From: Antedon mediterranea
Taxonomy: Eukaryota; Animalia; Echinodermata
Reading direction: 5' to 3'
Length of the DNA: 64,000 nucleotides
Assembly (NCBI RefSeq): GCF_964355755.1
Contig: NC_092675.1
Coordinates: 987,812-1,051,811 of the forward strand
Shown here: piece by piece, positions 17,418 to 31,400 of the stretch
Layout: each line of letters starts with the position of its first letter
Position numbering within the stretch: the stretch's first letter is position 1
The notes under the pieces: generated by a model
The model's input: only the letters and a program-made list of their open reading frames with translations
What the model was told of the DNA's origin: nothing
The model's database searches: none
Position numbers and translations under genes: made by a program

Positions 17418-20400
17418 TCAATTGGGGCTGGGATAATTTAATTTCTTTGCTGAAACATTCACATATACTTGATGTGTGTCATCCTTTATCTGTAATTCCT
17501 GGTAAGTGGTGTCGTTATTATCTTTAGCACTGTAAGTCGCATATTCCTGTAACTAAAAATAATAAATAAAAATATATGATTGTTATTATTTTCTAATTCT
17601 GAAATCTAAACATTGACAAATGGAAGACAATGGATTTATTTTTTTTTTATTTTATGTCTTTAGGCAATGTGGCCAAGGATTACCAATAGTGAATTAATCA
17701 CTGTCCTATCAGATAGGTGGTAATCCCCCTGATACAGGGGCTATTGTGTGAACCAGTTCACCGGGGTAACCCCCTACTCTTTTTCGAATAATGAACTGGG
17801 TTTCTTTAAAGTACACACAGGTTATAACTGTGTACACTGGACCTACGGTTTATAGTCCTTATCCGAGAAGACTTGTTCCACCACCAGAACTAGGAGCGAG
17901 TCGGCCTCGAACCCTTGCCGATGTTGCTGTTGGCTCTTTAGGTACGGTAAACGGCGCCCCTGCCTTAACCGCTCGGCCATATGACTGGATGATACCAATA
18001 ATGATATAATGGTAACTTACTGTAAATAACATTGTAATGTTTTTGTTAAATATGATTATAATATCAATTTGTTTATTATGGGACAGAATAAGGGCTTACA
18101 CCACACCATTCAGTCAATGATGAAGAGGGTGTACAATTGTCTTACCTCTGTTTGTTTATCATCTTTTGATTTGGGTACCTTGAAAATAAAATAGAAAGAT
18201 ATTTACAACACTTCATTAATATACAGGTTTGTTTTTATTTGTCAAAACATTGAATCTACGTTAATCCATGATGTTTATTTACTGGTAACATTGTCTTACT
18301 TATTTGAGTATCTTAAAAACAATAGAAATAAAAGCACATTTACCAATAGAATAAAAGCTTTTTTTAGCATACAATTCTTTTAAATTGTCATATTTTGAAT
18401 TTATACGTTACTTGTGTATTTGATATTCGTACTTTGCTAATTACAAAACATGTGAAAAGGGTTAAGGCAATTCCAATAAGCACACCAACAAACATCATTC
18501 CAACAACAAAGCTTGCTGGACTCTGCTTTGGAACATCTGAATAAAAAGAGGAACATTATATAAATATAATACAAATAAATAATTTCTTTGTGGAGAAAAC
18601 CGTTTTAGGTATTAAAAATTCAGAACAGAAGTCTCATTTTAACAAATCCTGACAAAATAGATTTATTAGCATATTTTTTTCCCTTTCAGTGAACACATGA
18701 AAAAAATAAATGTTGTAAGAATATATCCCAAAGAGCTTAGATTCAAATAAAATAACTGATTGATGTTTGTCAAACTCGGACGTACGAATATTCGATCTAT
18801 TTAAGAATGTCAAATGTGTTATCATCATATTCGTTTGGTAAACAAACGTAACTCCTAACCTAAACTAGTTGATATAGGAACAATTATCATACAGTGAAAT
18901 ATTAGTAAAAGAATTAAACATATCAAATGCGTTTTTATTACCTTCTTCACTAGTTGTTGCATTGACAGTTGTTATTGGTCCTTCTAAGTATTGATCATCT
19001 TTTAGCTGATGAGTAACAGCACTGATGTTGATAATATAACTTGTGTACGCCTCTAAACTAGTAATGGTATGGCTGGTTTCCGATAACCAGACAGTCGATT
19101 CATCTTCATTTTGAATTTCAGCACACAGACACTGATTTTGAAGTTTATATTTCAGTTTGTAAAAGTCGATCTTACAGTGTTCAGATTTAGGAGATTCCCA
19201 CGTTATAGTAATAGAGTTCTTTCGACTTTTCATCTTGACATTTCGGACAGCATCAGGAACTGATACATATATGATATAATTGAAATGATAAGAACAAATC
19301 TTTATTATGTCAAGTTTGAAGTAAAACTTATTAAATTATATTTTGGGGTGAATTCACAATTCCAACAATACTTTATCATAACCGTCCTCCTTTACATATA
19401 TGAGAAAAGTACGGTATAAAGAAAGAGAAAGAGGGAAATAGTAAATTACTAGGTAATCTGTATTGTAACATGCACGATTTTATTCTAAATTATAAAGTAC
19501 GTCTACTACATTTTATGCCAATATATTTCAGTTACATTGTTTCAAAATGTTAACATTACAGTACAGGATTTGATTAACGTAATACGTAATCAACATTGCA
19601 AACTATTGATAATTATTATTACTGATGTTTATTTTGATTATGAAAAAAAACCCAACTAGGCCAAAATTTACCATTTGCTGCAGTTTCTGCAGTAAATTCT
19701 TCACTCCAAGGACAAAGCTTATCATTGCCATTAGAAGTTCTCACTTGGAAAGTATAAAGAGTACATGGAGATAATGATGTGAATACAACTGTGGAATTTG
19801 AAACGGTTTTAGAAGTTGTTCCATCAGAGTGTTTTAGTCTTGTTATATAGCCAGTTATTTCTACACAATTAGGTGGTTCCCATGAAAATGATAGGTGAGT
19901 GTCATGAACATGCACAAGAGACATATTTATTAGTTCACCAGTTGGTTCTAGAAAAATAAGATATCAAATATACATATAAAAATTCTGTTTACTACAGTAT
20001 ACCAAATTATGCCTTCAAATATACATATATGTATTGTCCCTTCGACTAATTCCAAAAAAATTTGTAAAAAAATATTTCGAAAAAAAGTGGATCATTTTGA
20101 AGTATCATAATAGTTATTAACTTTCACCAAAAATTATTTAACTGAAATACAGACGTTTTTTTGTTAAAAAAATAACTTTGACTTCCAGTTAAAGTTTTCT
20201 ATCAAAACATATATCATAATGCAACGCGATTGTTTGGCTACTCTGTATGCATAATCATAAAACTTCCTCGCGATCTGTTTGAAAACACCTTCTCAACCGT
20301 GACTAGTTGTAAACAATCCTAATTAGCATCATGCATAATGCATACACGTGGTTTGAAATCTTTGTTTACTTTCGCTCGCAACGATTTTCCAGACGAAATG

Positions 20401-22432
20401 TAATCAAATTAATTTACCTGTTAATTACGTAAACTTGTTGTTTTTGGCTCAAATTTTTGACGTAAAGCTTTGATATGGCCAATTTAAATTTAGAATATTT
20501 TGACATTCATTTTTTGTGTTTCAGGGGACAATACATATTTAATTGTTCAAAACATATTCACTGGCTTCGCGAATAAACTTTGTGAATAGGCCTAAACGGA
20601 AGAGGATATTAGTAGCCCAATAAAACAAAATTGACGTACAAGCATGTTTCTGAGTTTAGTTATATAATGAATCAATTTAAATATACATATAGAAAAATAT
20701 AATGTTAAAGTTTTATCTTCAAATAATGTAAACGTAAAAATAAAATACCTAGTACTTTACCTTTAAGCATAGTTGTTGCTTCGATATTTGCACTTGCAGG
20801 CCCCTTTCCACCAACTCCTTCACCCCCTACTGTGAAAGTATATTTTGTACAAGGGGTTAAATTATCTAGCACTACATACCGCTGGTTGTGTTCGACTGAA
20901 CCTTCTATGGGTTCACAGTTACCGTGCCTCAATACATAGTTGTATCTATCAATAATACCTCGTCTATGACCACAGGTAATTTCTTCCCATGTAAAATTCA
21001 ATGATCGAACACTGATTGCATCATACGTTATGTCATCTGGTGCTGCATCAGGGGCTACAATGGAAAAGAAATTTTCATTTGGTAACATTTAGTCTAATTC
21101 TCTTATTTTTACCATCAGTATTGGTTGGTAAAGAAAAATTTACTTCTTTCCTTCATAATTTTATTCCTGTCAATATAAAATGAAGAATGAATATTGCTCT
21201 ATCTTTGTAGTAAAGTTTCTTACCAATTGTATCCTAATGGTGATGATTCGCTGTTTGTCTGATTTAAACACATTAAATCAAATTACATCTTACCTTCTTG
21301 TTCTGTAGTGTCAGAACCAGTCCTACCAAATCCATAAGTAATATCCCCATTACTTTGGGCTACTCCAGCCAATACAACAACATCGTAGGTGGAAAATGGT
21401 GTTAGTTCTTTTAATATAAACTTAGTCATAGAACCACCAAAACGTTCCATGGTATATTCCAGCGATTCACGTTGACATCCATCAAATAATGTTCTTCTGT
21501 ACTTTATTTGGTACTGAACTATTTGACAATAGACCACATCAGACACTGACCAAGTTACATTCAAACTTATAGATTGATGAGGTTGAACATTTACAGATAC
21601 TGTGCTTGGAGCTATAGTAAAAATTGGTTACGCTTAATGTATAAATTTAAACAAAAATATTGAATATGGTGTCAAGTAAAGTAAAACAAAAATACTGACA
21701 AAGCAAATAGCATATTTGCTGACAATTAGAAACAAGGCCAACAGCCATTAAGTCGCGTGCTACAATGCATAGTGATACCGGACAGACAGACCGACAGACA
21801 GACCGACAGACAGACAGACCGACCGACCGACATAGTGAACTATACTGACCGAAATTACTGAACATGTTTAAAAATGTTGAAATGTTTAAAAACATTTATA
21901 TTTTTTTAATTTACACGTGCGTAGCCTGTCACTTTCGACGTGCTCGTATAACGTAATTTCGAGTTGAAAAGTAAGTCAAGAAAACAGAAATCGGGCAAAA
22001 AGAATGCGCAATAACATTTAACGCGCAGTGCGCGCGCAAAAATATGCGCACTCATGGCAATTTTGTAAACGCTTAAAATTGCCTGAAATGTACTCTTATT
22101 TCATCGAAAATAAATTTTGAAAATTTTAAGCGCCCGTACGCATGCGTTACATGCGCTACGCATGTAATTGTATTGCCATATGATGATTTTTGCCCTGAAA
22201 TTTATTAGTACCAAATTTTATATAATTGTGATTCATGGTTGTTAAGATATGATTACAAACGTGATTTCGTTAAATCGTGCGTAGACCACGTAATTTTTTA
22301 TTGCGCACCGTGAAAACATAACCACATCGATTCCTGGCCATAAGGAATATTCTGTGAAAAATTGACTTAGCTAGATTAAACTGATATCAAGATAAGGTCA
22401 GAAAGCGATAAAACGCATAGTGATACCGGACC

Positions 22433-22479
<47 letters not shown>

Positions 22480-25400
22480 CGACCAACCGACCGACATAGT
22501 GAACTATAGAGTCGCTTCCACGCGACTAAAAATAGTGGTTCTTTTTGAAAATGTATTTAAATACAGTATACTGCGCATTTTTAATTTAATTTTTTCCTTA
22601 GGAACTAACAAAAGTTTTAGTTTTAAACGGAATAATACTAATAAATTGAATAATGTTAATTTACTGAAAACACAAATAGACTTCTTTACATATAAAATTA
22701 ATGTTGTTAGGCATATTCCAATTATAATGTACAAAAGTGATGTACTTACCTGCAGTATTCATAATAATATCAGGTCCACTACTAAATTCTCCACAGCCAA
22801 CTGATGTGCATGCAGCTACCTGTGGTGTCACAATTTCACAGGGGTACACTCCTGTAATTGTTGCATGTTGAGCGGATGTTTCCTCTGCGCCAATTGTATT
22901 TCCATCCTCATCAACAACTTGAACAATGTAATTTATGATTTCTCCTCTCCTTTTTAGACAGGAAACCGAGCCAAAGGTGATCGTGATCGATCCAGCAACT
23001 TCATTTGTTGCAGGAATGGAAACTTTCCCTTCTATATCTTCTGGGCCATCAATGGGCTCTGTTAAAACAAAGATTGAATATAAAATCAACAATATATAAA
23101 ATACATATACTGTATAAGAAGACTATAAATAACTATAAATAGATCGAGTGTCTTATCTTCATTTTTGCAACAACAAAAATGATACATTTACAATTAAACT
23201 TACTAAACAAATAAAAAACAATGTGTAAAATCAATGTATTGATCATTTGAGAATGAAATGAATAAAATAGTGGTTAACGCCACAAAAGAGAAAAAAAAAC
23301 AATGTGTAAAATTGTTTAATCAAGTAGTTACAGACCTTTTTCATTAGTTGTTGCATTGACAGTTATTATTGGTCCTTCTATGTGTTGATGATGAGTGACA
23401 CTGATTCTGATTTTATATCTTGAATACGGCTCAAGATTACCAATGGTGTGACTGAGTCCTGTTACAGTTTCAGTATCTACAGTATCATCTTCATTTTCAC
23501 CACATAAACCCTGATTTTCAAGTTGGTATTCCAATGTGTAGTGTTCAATCTGACAGTGTTCATATTCTGGTGCTTCCCATGTTACCGATATGAATTGGTT
23601 TCCACTTTCAACATTGATATTTTGGACAGCATCAAGAACTAATTGAAACAGATTTATAAAGAAAATTAAAAATCATTTTATTCATTCATTTTCTTCATTC
23701 ATTTTACAAACCAGATTGATACTGATGTATACGGAGTGAATAATGTACATTACTTATAATTTCCCTTCCGTAATATAAATCAGCAACAATATAATAAACT
23801 TCAGGATACTATCAAACTACATTTTTACAATAATTTAACAATTAACAAATGCGTTATATCCTTAATGGTTGAAAATACTAATTCAATGAATAAACTTCTT
23901 TGCTTTGTCTATTCTTTAATATAATGTGTAGGTAGGTAGGCTTAGACAATCTCCATAGTACTGTAATAATCTTTTTCCTTTAATGTTTAAATATTTAGTA
24001 TTCAGATCAGACATGTCTTCTACAACCTTAATAGTTGTGTTTTGCCATTTGGTAATATATAAAACTCATTGAATTTAGATACTGTAAGTATTACCTTCTG
24101 AATGTGTTATTATTTGAACTGCATCAGAAAATGGTCCATCACCAGCAGAATTGGTAGCTGCAACACTGACATAGTATGTAGTACATGGGTCCAGATCACT
24201 GATACGTGCCATAGTTTCTGTTGCTGATACTGTTATTATTTGTTGTATTCTGTTGTTATTTCCATATCGCAATGTATAGTCACTAAGTGAATTACATCTC
24301 TCTGGACTAATACTTATTGGCTAAATGAGTAGAAAGAGCTGTAACGCTTGGAAATTACTTAAAGTTACAGTACAGTATACTCCACTGGCGTTAAACAAAA
24401 ACAATATATTTTAATTAAAGATGTATTGTCCCCCTGAAAAAATAATTCTTAAACAAATTTTTGTTGAATATTCAATTTTAATGCAACGTAATAGTTATCC
24501 ACTTAGACCAAAAATAGGATCTAAAAAAATGTATTTACCTGAAAAAATGTAATTAAAAGCACAAAATGGTCAAATTGGCTGCCAGCAAATGGATTTTTGG
24601 TTGAATTTAACCATTTATTTTGTCATTTTACAAGTGAAAACATTATTGTTTTCCGTTTTTTTTCTACGGAAGTGATTAACTTTATATTAACTAGAAAATG
24701 AGGTATTCAAAGTCTGATTTGATTAATCTTTATTTTTCATGTTTTTGGGGGACAATACATCTTTAAATGGTAATAGATCTTAGCTGTGATCCACTAATAC
24801 CCAATAGATATCTGAGTTTTCTATCACTGTTTTTGGCTGTTTGGTCTGAAACATACTTGGACAAAATAACACAACTTTACTACCTGCCACTGTACTTGTA
24901 TTTCATTATCAGAAACTGCAGAAACTTGAACATCGGAAGGCATCATGATAGGAGCTAAAAAAACAAACAAACAAAGGTCAATATTGTCTTTGATTTCGAA
25001 AATGAATTATTCAATCGAGAACACAATGGCAATTTATGGATAGCATTTGTACGTGTGTTCGTTTGACAATTTCTTTGTTTTTTGTTGGTTTTTATGCTAT
25101 TGCACACATTAAATTGATCGAAATTGTCCTGTGGAGGTTTAATCTGCATCTGAAAAGAACACTGGAATGAAGGAAATCTCAATACATAACATTCTTATGT
25201 TCATGCAAATGTTTTACTTACGGCGACAAGGAATAGTGAATTGTGTCAAAGGACTGATGCTACCAGTTCCTAGGTTTCCAGGCCGTACGGCTGCCACACC
25301 AAACTCATATTCTACTCCCCGTTGAAAGCCATTATTATTATCTCCATCAATATCTAAAACAATTGACCACCCTGCAACTGTATTAGAGCATGATTCCCAG

Positions 25401-28400
25401 GTCTCGCCAGTTTGTTGATAGCAGACATGATATCCTATTACAGGGCCGTCTCCATTATCTTCTGATTTTGTCCATTCATTCCACGATACTGCCACTGTAG
25501 CATTTGATGCTATCACGCTGGGGTTTACTGTCATTACTGGCTGATCTAAAAGTAATATTTATTGAACACAAGTATTACTGATATTTAAATATAGTATATG
25601 CAGTAACTGGTTCTAGGACACCTACCCCCTAGACAGTTACCCCCCGGATGTTTACCACCCGGACAACTACCCCCTTAGGACATCTACCCCCCGGACAACT
25701 ACCCCCGGACAACTACCCCCTTAGGACAACTACCCCCTTAGGATAACAACCCCCCGGACAACTACCCCCCGGACAACCACCCCCTTAGGACAACTACCCC
25801 TTAGGATAACTACCCCCGGTCAACTAACCCCGGTCAACTACCCCCCGGTCAACTACCCCCCGGTCAACAAAAGTAGACAAATATATAGGACCGGTTTCTG
25901 TAAAAATGAAATCATCTGTTTTTAACGGGTGTTTCGAAACTAGAGACCCGAGACCAGAGACCTGACACGAGACCCAATACGAAAAGGGAGACCTATATTT
26001 GGGTCTCCCTTTTCGTATATTAGGGTCTCCCTTTTCGTATAGTGTGGTCTCTCTTTTCGTATAGTGGGGTCTCCTTTTTCTTATAGTGGGGTCTCCCTTT
26101 TCTTATAGTGGGTCTCCCTTTTCGTATATTTGGGGTCTCCCATTTTGTATATTTGGGTCTCCCTTTTCGTATAATTGGGTCTCCCTTTTCGTATATTTAG
26201 GTCTCCCTTTTCGTATATTAGGGTCTCCCTTTTCGTCGTATAGTGGGGTCTCCCTTTTCGTATAGTGGGGTCTCCCTTTTCGTACGTGGGTCTCTCTTTT
26301 CGTATTGGGTCTTGGGTATCTGGTCTCGCTAGACCCTAGATGTGCTAGATTTAAAGTACCGTATTTATTGAAAAAACGGCCTAGGCTGTTTATTGTTTAG
26401 GTGGTTTTTAGGTGGACATTTATTGGAAGAAAGTTGTTTATTCAATGGGAGGGGGTTTAATCTAATGGAAATAGACGCCGATTATTCCATATGATGTTTC
26501 ATGGGAGTGACATGGTCACCGTTTATTTGAGGGAAATTTATTTAAAGATCGCCGTTTATTCGGTGAGTGAACATTGAGGTCAAATATCAAAAGTGATATT
26601 ATTCTTCAAGTGTACAAAAATACATATAGTATGACAAATTTGAGACAAAAATTAATTCTTTTAAGACCAGTGGTTATCGAAGCATTGTCCTGACGCAAAA
26701 ATTATTATTATTATTAGCGAACCCAGTCTTTACCGTAAATACAGGGAGTACTATATAATACGTTCGACTATCCTATGATCATGTGTGACAATCTTCAGTT
26801 TATACCAGGCTATATTTATGTCAATCTTTTACTTTTGTTTACAATAATGAATAGTAATTCGTCAAAGTAACGAATTAAAATATAGTTATTAATTCCTATT
26901 ATACACTGTTGCAGGCGAGTCAGGTTGTTGAATGGTCTGGGTGGTAGTTGTCCGTCCGGGGGGGTAGTTGTTCTAAAGGGATAGTTTTCTGGGTGGTAGT
27001 TGTCCAGGGGTTAGTTGTCCTACGGAGGTAGTTGTCCTAAAAGATTATTTGCCCTCGGAGTATTGTCCAGGTAGGAGGTAGTTGTCCTACGGGGAGTATT
27101 GTGTCAGAGGTAGTTGTCCGCGGGGTAATTACCCGGGGGGGGGGGGTGTTAATTCTTCGGGGGTTATTGTCAGGGGGTAATTGTTCCTAGGGGGTAATTG
27201 TCCGGGGGGTAGTTGTCCAGGGGTTAGTTGTCCTACGGAGGTAGTTGTCCTAAAAGATTATTTGCCCTCGGAGTATTGTCCAGGAAGTAGTTGTCCTACG
27301 GGGAGTATTGTGTCAGAGGTAGTTGTCCGCGGGGTAATTACCCTTGGGGGGGGGGTAATTGTCCGGAGGGTAATTGTCCGGGGGTAATTGTTCCTAGGGG
27401 GTAATTGTCCGGGGGGTAGTTGTCCAGGGGGTAGTTGTCCTAAGGGGGTTGTTGTCCGGGGGGGGGGGGTATTTGTCCGGGGGGTAGTTGTCCTAAAGGG
27501 GTAGTTGTCCTAAGGGGGTAGTGGTCCAGGTGGTGGTTGTCCGGGGGGTAGTTTTCCGGGGGGTAAATGTCCAGGGGGTGAATATCCGGATACGGCAGTA
27601 ACTACATAACATAATCAATTAATCTTTTTAAAATGTGAAATAGTGACGATTTCAAAATGAATTGATTCCCTTGTTTGTCTGCGCTCCAGTCTTATCCCTG
27701 ATGCTTGCATTTTATTATATTAAAAGTGCTTTGGATCAAACTTTGCAACCAAACGAAAACAAATATGTACAACAACAACAACAACAACAAAACATTATAA
27801 TTGCAAATAATAAACAAAATACTTGCCATAAATTGTTACAACTTCCTCAGTTTGTGCATTACCAAAAATACCTGACTGAACCTGACATTTAAAAACATCG
27901 CCTTCTTGAATACTAATACCCTTAAATATTACGATCTTTGTGTAGTTAAATTCTGTTACAGCACCATTCTGAAGAATGACATCACTCGCGTCCAATACTT
28001 GGATATCTTCGTCACTTGGTAGTGGATTAGCCTGGACAATACACGTGAGTGTCAATAATGCCCCTCGGTTGCAGGAAGGATCTTCTAAAGTGACTTTTGT
28101 TCTTCGATATCCATCTGGATAAAATATAAACCAAAATAGAAGAGAGTCTTGCAAAATCTTACATTTATTATTATATAGTGTAAAGCAAACAAGGAAACAA
28201 TTGCTTGAAAAATAAAGCCACATATTCAAATCGGGTAAATCATTCTTTCAGTCGTATTGTGTTATCTTAGTGTCAAAATGACTCACTTTACTGCAGTATA
28301 TACATTTCTTTACATCAATAATGCACGATTTTACTTTTTTAATTTAGACGTTTATAAGGTAGTCACTGCAATAAACAGTGTGAATAAAACAAAAAGGGCT

Positions 28401-31400
28401 TGCCTATCAATTGCATAAACAGTTTAAAGAGTACACAAAATGAAGTACCCGCAGTAGAATAATTTTGGTCTCTTTTTAAAATACTTAAAATCAAATATTG
28501 AACATAGAAATAGAAATGTATAGCATTTGTTTACCAAGTTGGCAATCAGATCCTATCCAAGGTTGTTTACATTTTCTATCACCACAACTTCCTGTGTTTC
28601 TGTCACATGGTCCATCATCTTCACAATGGCACTGGTATTTACATAGATCACCATACCATCCATCAGTACATTTATTAGGAACTAAAATGCAGATACAAAT
28701 TAAGTTCCAAAAACACATGAATTACAAACGGTTACATAACATATTTATATATAATGACCACACCTTGACAGTTTTTTCCAGAATACGCATCCTCACATGG
28801 TCCATCTGGACAGCCTATGCTTGGATCACAAGTCACACCAGCTGCACAGTGACATTGCTCACTACAAGTTGATCCATAATATCCTGTTGTTTCACAAGCT
28901 GTGGACAATTTTAAAACAAAATTTTTTTCGGCCGTCGTATCGTTTGAAATGTTTTTTAGAAGTGAAACCTTTGTTATGAAAACGTAAACGTAAATTGTAA
29001 ACTCTATGTTCATGATTGTTATTGATTTGATTCAGCAACTAGAACGTTTAATTTGCGTTAAAGCAATACCTAATACATACATGTAACATAATATTAACAA
29101 GGCCATATACATGACTGAAGTCGCGTGCTCAAGTTAGTGTTTACCGACCAACCAACCGACCAACCAACCGACCGACATAGTGAGCTGTAGAGTCGCGTTG
29201 CACGCGACTAAAAATGAATTAAAATTGTTTTAGAGATCAAATTATTGTTAAAATCGTATACAATACTACGTGTTATACTAAGAAAAATCATATTAAACCC
29301 TAAATAAAGTAGATGATATAATTTAATTACAATTAAAATAAGTACTTGACAAATTTGTCCATTTGAAGATGAACATCCTTGATTTGATTTTGAATAAGAA
29401 TTAGTTTTCAACATTTAATTATTGATGAGAATAAAAGGATAAAATACGTTAATAACTAAAATAATTATATACTTTTGCTTACTTTCTTTGCAGTCAAGGT
29501 CTTTATATCCAGCCATGCAAGAGCATCCCAGTGGGTCTGGAACACATCCCATGTTACCAGAACAACCAGGATTGAGACTGCTACACAAATTGGCACATTC
29601 CCTTCCCCACTGGTTATTTCCACAACCTAATCACCAGAAACATTAGTATACATCTTAATAATATTCTTGATCAAAATTATGATTTAAATGATTTAAAATA
29701 TAGCTATTTTTAACAATAAATTACCATAGAAATATAAAATTGTACAACTTTGTTTGGCCATCATATCAATAAACAGCTATAACAGTCTGGGGAAATACGA
29801 CAGAGTTAAACAAAAATATTTTAAAGCGACATCAAAAAAGAGCTGCTCGAATTGTAACTAACAACTTCGATTATATTAATGTAAGGGGTGACGACATCAT
29901 CCAGAACCTATCGTGGCAAACTCTTGAAGAGAAACGAGATTTCTCCCTAGCATGTCTAATGTATAAATGTGTTTACGGCCTTGCACCAATTAGATTAGTA
30001 AATGAAATTGAATTGATTCGCGATATTCACACCCACTTAACACGTGGAGTAGAAAATTTGAATGTAACACAGGGCATCATTTATAAGGAGCGCCTGCGCG
30101 ACCGCGCTCCTCCGCGCTCCTCAACAGGCTTCGAGGAGAGCAATTTATCGCGCTCCCTAATTTTCAAAATAGAGCCTAGCTTTTGACAGTGTTGATTTTT
30201 CTGTCAAGAGGCCTAAAAACACGTGGTTTTTTAAAAGTTAAAACCAATCTAGGCCTAGGCTAATAGTATATAAGCTAAGTTATAAAGCTACAAGCCTAAT
30301 GGCAGTCCCTCGTTTTTAAGGATCGCGAGCGCGATCGCAATCAACAACCTTCGAAAAGGAGAGCAATTCATCGCGCTCCATCTCACAGTACAGTGCGAGG
30401 TACCAACAAAGGGGATTCCCCTGCCTGCGCGCATTCAAGGGCGAGTTTACTTCATCGCCTCATAGTGCAACCAGTACGGTGTCATAGAAACACCTCCTTT
30501 ACAGGAAGATCATGTCCCAACCAATAATTTTTCCCTTTATGTTTTTATGGAACGAGTTAATAAAATATATTTAATTTTAAAAGGAAACATTAATATAGGA
30601 GGCCTAAATATAATGTTTATTATTTAAAAAAGCTTAGCTGCTGGTTGCTTTAATTATGTCATTTTGAAGATGGATTATTTCTTCGAAAGTTCTAACCAAT
30701 TTTGGTCACTCAAATCCTCCTCAAAACACGTGCTGATGTGTGACGTCAGCATCTTCTAGAAACTCTCTCAGCCCTCCCCCTATTGTGCGTGCGCCCATGT
30801 GTGACACATGTAAACACGATCAAATATCTTTCTTAATTATTTTAAAATGACACTTTGTAACTTATTATCAATATTTTAATGGCTGTTGCATGTTAGAATT
30901 GTATAATTTATGAATTGCAGGTAAATACTTTTCAGGTTTTCTGTCAGATTTCTAGGCCAACAAGCTAGGCTAGAAAAGCTAGGCTAACGGCATATAGTTG
31001 GCCAGGACAGGATTCTCCAGGCTCCTGAAACCCAATCTACCCAGGCAGGCCATAAAAAAAAAAATTGGCTTGAGTTTTTTGTACTGTAGAATAATACGAT
31101 CCCCACGGAAAATATTGTGTGTAAAGGTGGGTGTGGGGGATTTTAGGGGAGAGGTACAGACAGTATACATTTGTTGTTCCCGGCGGGGGGGGGGGGGGGA
31201 AATGTGTACGATTTAAAATTTTTGCAAGGAGAGCGAATTGCTCTCCTCGGTGATTTGAGGAGAGCGATTTGTTGCTCTCCTGGGTTTTGCATACGTGATG
31301 CCCTGGTAACAATACCTAAATACACCCTTAGTAAAATGAATTCGTCCTTTAAAGTTGCAGGCGCAAAAATATGGAACAATTTACCAATTAATATTAAATC

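Noticed and set aside
17900-17988. tRNA gene
   Set aside because: A and B boxes are present, but there is no convincing cloverleaf and it continues into a SINE body and A-rich tail.
24075-24330. Apparently truncated FN3 exon suggesting copy A is a pseudogene
   Set aside because: The missing N-terminal part is a separate exon at 24954-24884 that splices in frame to 24320.
27181-27387. Gly/Cys/Pro-rich ORF
   Set aside because: Translation of the foldback element's G-rich subterminal repeats.
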